From Acidimicrobiia bacterium (GTDB lineage: Bacteria > Actinomycetota > Acidimicrobiia > Spongiisociales > UBA11373): DNA of 49,871 nucleotides. The translations under genes and the position numbers were made by a program. Below the pieces are notes generated by a model. The model did no database searches and was not told where the DNA came from. It saw only the letters and a program-made list of their open reading frames with translations. The stretch lies in the NCBI GenBank assembly GCA_040882645.1, contig JBBEAX010000047.1, forward strand, positions 30,697-80,567, given 5' to 3'. Positions 45,681-49,871 of this stretch are shown piece after piece. The first letter of the stretch is position 1; the number at the start of each line of letters is the position of its first letter.

Positions 45681-47369
45681 GTGTCAGAGATCAGGGCAGT
45701 GCTGAGGGAATTGACCGCGGCGGGCGGCGACTACGAGATCGTGGTCGAAGACATTTACGGGTACCCGGTGCGCACCTTCGCCTCGAGGCCGCGCCATCTC
45801 ACCGAGTTCATCGGCATGGGTGAGAAGCACGGCGAAGCCGAGTTCCTCGTCCAGGGAGAACGGCGTCTCTCCTATCGCGAGACGTTCGATCGTGCCCGTC
45901 GGCTGGCAGCCGGCCTGCGGGCGCGGTATCAGGTGGAGCCAGGCGATCGCGTGGCCATTCTCGGCGCAAACCACGTCGATTGGGTGGTGGGGTTCTGGGC
46001 AGCCGCAGTCCTGGACGCAGTCGTGGTTCCCCTCAACGCCTGGTGGACCGCGGGGGAGCTGGCATTCGTCCTCGAGGACGCCGGAATATCGATCGTCCTC
46101 GCCGATGCCACTCGCGCTGGAACGGCCGTCGAGGCCGGGCACCCGGCGGAACGGACCGTCGCCTGGGGCCATCCGCTGCGTCACGGCGTGGTGCAGATCG
46201 CCGACGCACTGGCCGAGTCACCCGACCCGCTTCCCGGTGCCGACCGCCGGGGCGAGGACGACCCCGCAGTGTTGTTCTACACGTCGGGAACCACCGGCCG
46301 TCCGAAGGGCGCCCCGCTGACTCACCGCAACATCGGGTCGGGTTTTCTCAACTCGGTCGCGATGACGGCTGCCGCCCGAATCGCGAGTGGGGAAGGGGTG
46401 GGGTTGGGGCGCCAGGTGGATCTCACGGTCATCCCGTTGTTCCACGCGACGGCGACCCTGGCATTAATGGTGCCGTTCGTGGCCGGGGGTCACTCGATGG
46501 TGTTCCTTCCGCCGGGCCCGTTCGATCCGGAGATCGCCGGTCTGGTGATCGAACGAGAGGGAGTCACCAGGTTTGGGGGAGTGCCCACCATCGTCACTCG
46601 AATTTTGGACAGCGAGGTGTGGAAGCGGCGCGACTTCTCACGGGTCAGCCGGATCTCATTCGGTGGGGCGCCGGCCGCCCCGGAGTTGGTCGATCGGATC
46701 GCTGCGGCCTTTCCGAATCTGAAGGAGCGGCTGATCCAGGGCTATGGGCTCACCGAGACCACGGCGATCTCCACCCTCAACATCGGCCCCGACTACCTGA
46801 ACCACCCCGACTCGGTGGGGATCGCTGCCCCGACGGCCGAGATCAAGATCATGGACGGGTTCGGCGGATTCGTGCCGGTGGGGGAGACCGGCGAGATCGC
46901 GATCCGGGGGGCGAACGTCATGCCTCGCTACTGGAATCGCCCGGATGCCGATGCTGCTGCGTTCCAAGATGGGTTTTTCCGCACCGGTGACATCGGGCGC
47001 GTCGATGAGGACGGCTTCCTCTACGTCACCGATCGGTTGAAGGATGTCGTGATCCGCGGCGGCGAGAACGTCTACTCGGTGGAAGTGGAACGGGCGCTCG
47101 AGACCCATCCGGCGGTGGTCGAGGCCGCGGTGATCGGTGTGCCCGATGCCGACCTCGGTGAGCGGGTCAAGGCGATCGTGGTGGTGCGCGACGACGTGAC
47201 GGGCGACGAGTTGGCCCGGCATCTCATTGGCCAGATTGCTTCATTCAAGGTGCCCGAAGCCTGGGAACTCAGGCGTACCCCGCTTCCTCGCAACCCGTCC
47301 GGCAAGGTGCTCAAGTGGTCGCTGCGGACCGGTGGCCCTTCACCCGCTTCCGAAGACTCGACGTGGTGA
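45681..47369 (+). CDS. AMP-dependent acyl-CoA synthetase (class I adenylate-forming enzyme)
   Basis: YTSGTTGRPKG, PLFH, QGYGLTE, RTGD, IRGGENV, RNPSGK; TACTCT -10 seven nt before GTG. Confidence 0.92.
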   Translation: MSEIRAVLRELTAAGGDYEIVVEDIYGYPVRTFASRPRHLTEFIGMGEKHGEAEFLVQGERRLSYRETFDRARRLAAGLRARYQVEPGDRVAILGANHVDWVVGFWAAAVLDAVVVPLNAWWTAGELAFVLEDAGISIVLADATRAGTAVEAGHPAERTVAWGHPLRHGVVQIADALAESPDPLPGADRRGEDDPAVLFYTSGTTGRPKGAPLTHRNIGSGFLNSVAMTAAARIASGEGVGLGRQVDLTVIPLFHATATLALMVPFVAGGHSMVFLPPGPFDPEIAGLVIEREGVTRFGGVPTIVTRILDSEVWKRRDFSRVSRISFGGAPAAPELVDRIAAAFPNLKERLIQGYGLTETTAISTLNIGPDYLNHPDSVGIAAPTAEIKIMDGFGGFVPVGETGEIAIRGANVMPRYWNRPDADAAAFQDGFFRTGDIGRVDEDGFLYVTDRLKDVVIRGGENVYSVEVERALETHPAVVEAAVIGVPDADLGERVKAIVVVRDDVTGDELARHLIGQIASFKVPEAWELRRTPLPRNPSGKVLKWSLRTGGPSPASEDSTW

Positions 47370-48025
47370 CACGCCATTGGGATTTGGAGTGGTCGCCAGG
47401 GCGCACCGTTCCTCTCGTCACCGAGGGTGCCGGTTCGACCGCGGTGGTGCTCGCCCATGGCGCAGGCGCCGGCCAGGCGCACGCCTTCATGGTGGGAATG
47501 AGGCAGCGTCTTGCCGCGGGACTGTCCGTGACGACCTTCGACTACCCGTACAAAGCGGCGGGACGGCGCGCTCCCGATCGGATGGAGATCCTCCTCGAGT
47601 GTCATCAGGCCGTCGCCTCCGCGGTCGCCGCCGGGGCGGACCGCCTCGTGCTCGGCGGCAAGTCGATGGGTGGTCGGATGGCGTCGCACCTCGCGGAACC
47701 AGCAGCAGCCGCCCGTTTCTTCCTCGGCTACCCGCTGATGCCTATCGGTAAGACCGAGCCCCGGGACACCTCTCACCTCGACCAGGTCACCACGCCGATG
47801 TTGTTCGTCCAAGGCGAGCGGGACCGGCTCGGCCCGCCGGTGATGCTGGCCCCGATCATCGCCCGCCTTGGAACCGCCTCGATGGTCGTGGTTCCCGACG
47901 CGGACCACTCGTACACCGTTCCGAAGAAGTCGGGGGTATCAGCCGACCGGATGCTCGATCGAGTCGCTGGAATCGTCGTCGCTTGGCTGGCCAAAGTGTT
48001 GGTTCAGCGCTCTGGCGCCTCGTAG
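47366..48025 (+). CDS. Alpha/beta hydrolase (KANL3/Tex30-like)
   Basis: LAHGAGAG, GGKSMGGR, GYPL, QGERD, DHS; GTGA overlap with the synthetase stop. Confidence 0.85.
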   Translation: MTRHWDLEWSPGRTVPLVTEGAGSTAVVLAHGAGAGQAHAFMVGMRQRLAAGLSVTTFDYPYKAAGRRAPDRMEILLECHQAVASAVAAGADRLVLGGKSMGGRMASHLAEPAAAARFFLGYPLMPIGKTEPRDTSHLDQVTTPMLFVQGERDRLGPPVMLAPIIARLGTASMVVVPDADHSYTVPKKSGVSADRMLDRVAGIVVAWLAKVLVQRSGAS

Positions 48026-48459
48026 CTCGCCGAGACGATCCGACCGCCGTCACGTTCGAGGCGGAGTATCGCCCCCTTCTCGAACGGCATCCACGGGCCC
48101 AGCGGCGCCCCCCCGGCGGCGAAAAGGCCCCCCAGGGCGTGCAGGACGTCGCCGTGGCTGCAGATCACGGTGCCTTCCACAGCGTCGAGGACCAACCGTG
48201 CGGCTCCGCTTCCCCCCGCTCCTTCGGCGAGTTCAGGCAACTCGTCTACCTCGATGTCGAGCATCGCTGCCAGCGGACTCACCGTCTGTACACACCGCAG
48301 GTACGGGCTCGAGAAGACCGTGGTGGCGCCGTCTGCGAAGAGGGCTTCCCCGATCCTCTTCGCCTGAAGGTGGCCCCGCTCGCTGAGCGGGCGCTCGTCG
48401 CCCGGTCCCTTCCAGTTGGCGGAGCTTCCCGCGTGCGCGTGGCGGACGACAAAGATCAT
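48004..48459 (-). CDS. Histidine phosphatase family protein (SixA/MutT1 C-terminal-like)
   Basis: VRHAHAG, D.RPL..RG..QA, SSPY.RC.QT..P, CSHGD, KG. Confidence 0.88.
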   Translation of the reverse strand: MIFVVRHAHAGSSANWKGPGDERPLSERGHLQAKRIGEALFADGATTVFSSPYLRCVQTVSPLAAMLDIEVDELPELAEGAGGSGAARLVLDAVEGTVICSHGDVLHALGGLFAAGGAPLGPWMPFEKGAILRLERDGGRIVSASYEAPER

Positions 48460-49871
48460 CGCGGCATGTCGATCGACGCACGCAACACCGCTCGGTCGCG
48501 CTCGTAGGTGAGCAGGTCGACCGCGTCGTCGAGGGTTTGCCACGCGACCTTGTCGACTTCGTCATTGGGGGCGAATGCCCCGCCTTCGATCGACATTGCC
48601 CAGTAATGGACGATCTTGGGTCTCCCGGAACGGTCGGGGTACTCGACGGCTCCCACATACGATCCCAATGCGGCGTTATACCCGGTTTCTTCAAGGACCT
48701 CGCGGAGTGCGGCCTCGGCGGCCGTCTCTCCGTCGTCGACCTTGCCCTTGGGGAAGGACCAATCCCCGTACCGGGGGCGGTGGACGAGGAGAACCTGCTG
48801 CTCGCCGTCAGACGATTGGGTGACGATGCCGCCCGCTGCCGGCACCATCTCCGGGATGTCGAGTGCCCGCGCGGGATCGGGAAGCGCGCCCTGCGACCGC
48901 GCTAGAGCCAGCGCCTGGAACCGCCGGTGCGCCTCGAGCCCGAGGACGGTCGGCACCTTGGTCCACTTCGAGTCGACCAACTCCCACGCCAGACGATCGT
49001 CGGCGAGGCATACCCGCAGCAGCTCTTCGAGGCGTTTTCGCAGCCGGGGGTGGTAGATCGGGGTGATCGCCTCGACGCGGCCATCCAGGTTGCGGGTCAT
49101 CAGGTCGGCCGACCCGATCAAGTACTCGGCGTCGTCGCCTTTCCCGAAGCGGAATACCCGGCTGTGCTCCAGGTACCGGCCGAGGATCGACCTCACCTTG
49201 ATCGTCTCCGAGAGGCCGGGAACGCCGGGGCGCAGGCAGCACATGCCCCTCACCACCAGCTCGATCGGCGTGCCGGCCTCCGAAGCGGCGTAGAGCTCGT
49301 CGATCATCGTCGGGTCCACCAGGTGGTTCAGCTTCATCACGATGCTCCCCTTGGCCCCGCGGGCAGCCTGGGCGCGGATCCGGGCCGTGATCGCCTCACG
49401 CAATCCGGTGGGAGCAACGATGATCCGGCGGTAGTCGTGCTTCTGGCCGTACCCGGTGAGCACGTTGAAAAGCTCCGAGAGGTCGGCACCGATCTCGTCG
49501 TCCGCGGTCAGTAGCCCGAGGTCCTCGTAGAGGCGGGCCGTGTTCGGGTTGTAGTTGCCCGTCCCGATGTGTGAGTAGCGCTTGAGGCTGTCGCCCTCGC
49601 GCCGCACTACGAGGGCGATCTTGGCGTGGGTCTTGAGGCCGGCGACGCCATACACGACGTGAACCCCGGACTCCTCGAGAATCCGGGCCCAGGAGATGTT
49701 GGCTTCCTCGTCGAAGCGAGCCTTCAGCTCGACCAGCACCACGACCTGCTTGCCACGACGGGCAGCCGCGATCAGCGACTTCACGATCGACTGCTCGCCA
49801 CCGAGGGCGGGGTCCTCCGGGTCAGATGTGCGGTAGAGCGTCTGCTTGATGGCGACCACATTGGGATCTCG
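48456..49871 (-). CDS. ppk1: Polyphosphate kinase 1 fused to a C-terminal Nudix hydrolase; partial, N-terminus outside window
   Basis: [53 protein letters not shown], then in the same frame [13 protein letters not shown]...GE.....ALREV.EETG. Confidence 0.92.
   Translation of the reverse strand, partial: RDPNVVAIKQTLYRTSDPEDPALGGEQSIVKSLIAAARRGKQVVVLVELKARFDEEANISWARILEESGVHVVYGVAGLKTHAKIALVVRREGDSLKRYSHIGTGNYNPNTARLYEDLGLLTADDEIGADLSELFNVLTGYGQKHDYRRIIVAPTGLREAITARIRAQAARGAKGSIVMKLNHLVDPTMIDELYAASEAGTPIELVVRGMCCLRPGVPGLSETIKVRSILGRYLEHSRVFRFGKGDDAEYLIGSADLMTRNLDGRVEAITPIYHPRLRKRLEELLRVCLADDRLAWELVDSKWTKVPTVLGLEAHRRFQALALARSQGALPDPARALDIPEMVPAAGGIVTQSSDGEQQVLLVHRPRYGDWSFPKGKVDDGETAAEAALREVLEETGYNAALGSYVGAVEYPDRSGRPKIVHYWAMSIEGGAFAPNDEVDKVAWQTLDDAVDLLTYERDRAVLRASIDMPR

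Noticed and set aside
1-49871. tRNA, rRNA, intact transposase, integrase or prophage genes
   Set aside because: None recognised by eye; a tRNAscan/Rfam/HMM run would be needed to exclude small RNAs formally.

Overview
GC-rich actinobacterial window. Mycothiol-type PIG-L deacetylase, sodN/sodX, ppk1 with MutT1-like domains and many leaderless promoters point to Actinomycetota; Acidimicrobiia is my inference, not proven. About 1-15.7 kb looks like an accessory, partly decayed island: a CsoR-associated copper/thiol-redox cluster, two MerR-type promoters with no merR gene in view, a GH130-GT4-phosphomannomutase unit, an SDR plus SPW/VKOR pair, gnd-zwf, and several gene relics. About 15.7-38.8 kb is mostly housekeeping (M23 peptidase, CapA, MshB/Mca-like, HisA-like, korAB, amidase, sodXN, murJ, a four-gene ABC transporter), with small inserted genes and intergenic heptamer arrays. 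The main feature is a 9-gene bacterial microcompartment operon at 39017-44307 of the sugar-phosphate-utilisation (SPU) type: RpiB-like, DeoC and an acylating aldehyde dehydrogenase, each with an encapsulation-peptide-like N-terminus, plus 1 BMC-H, 2 BMC-T and 3 BMC-P, bracketed by 55/54-bp inverted repeats. The window ends in a PPK1-Nudix fusion followed by a free histidine phosphatase. No rRNA, tRNA or CRISPR array was recognised. All calls come from motif recognition by eye; no searches were run.
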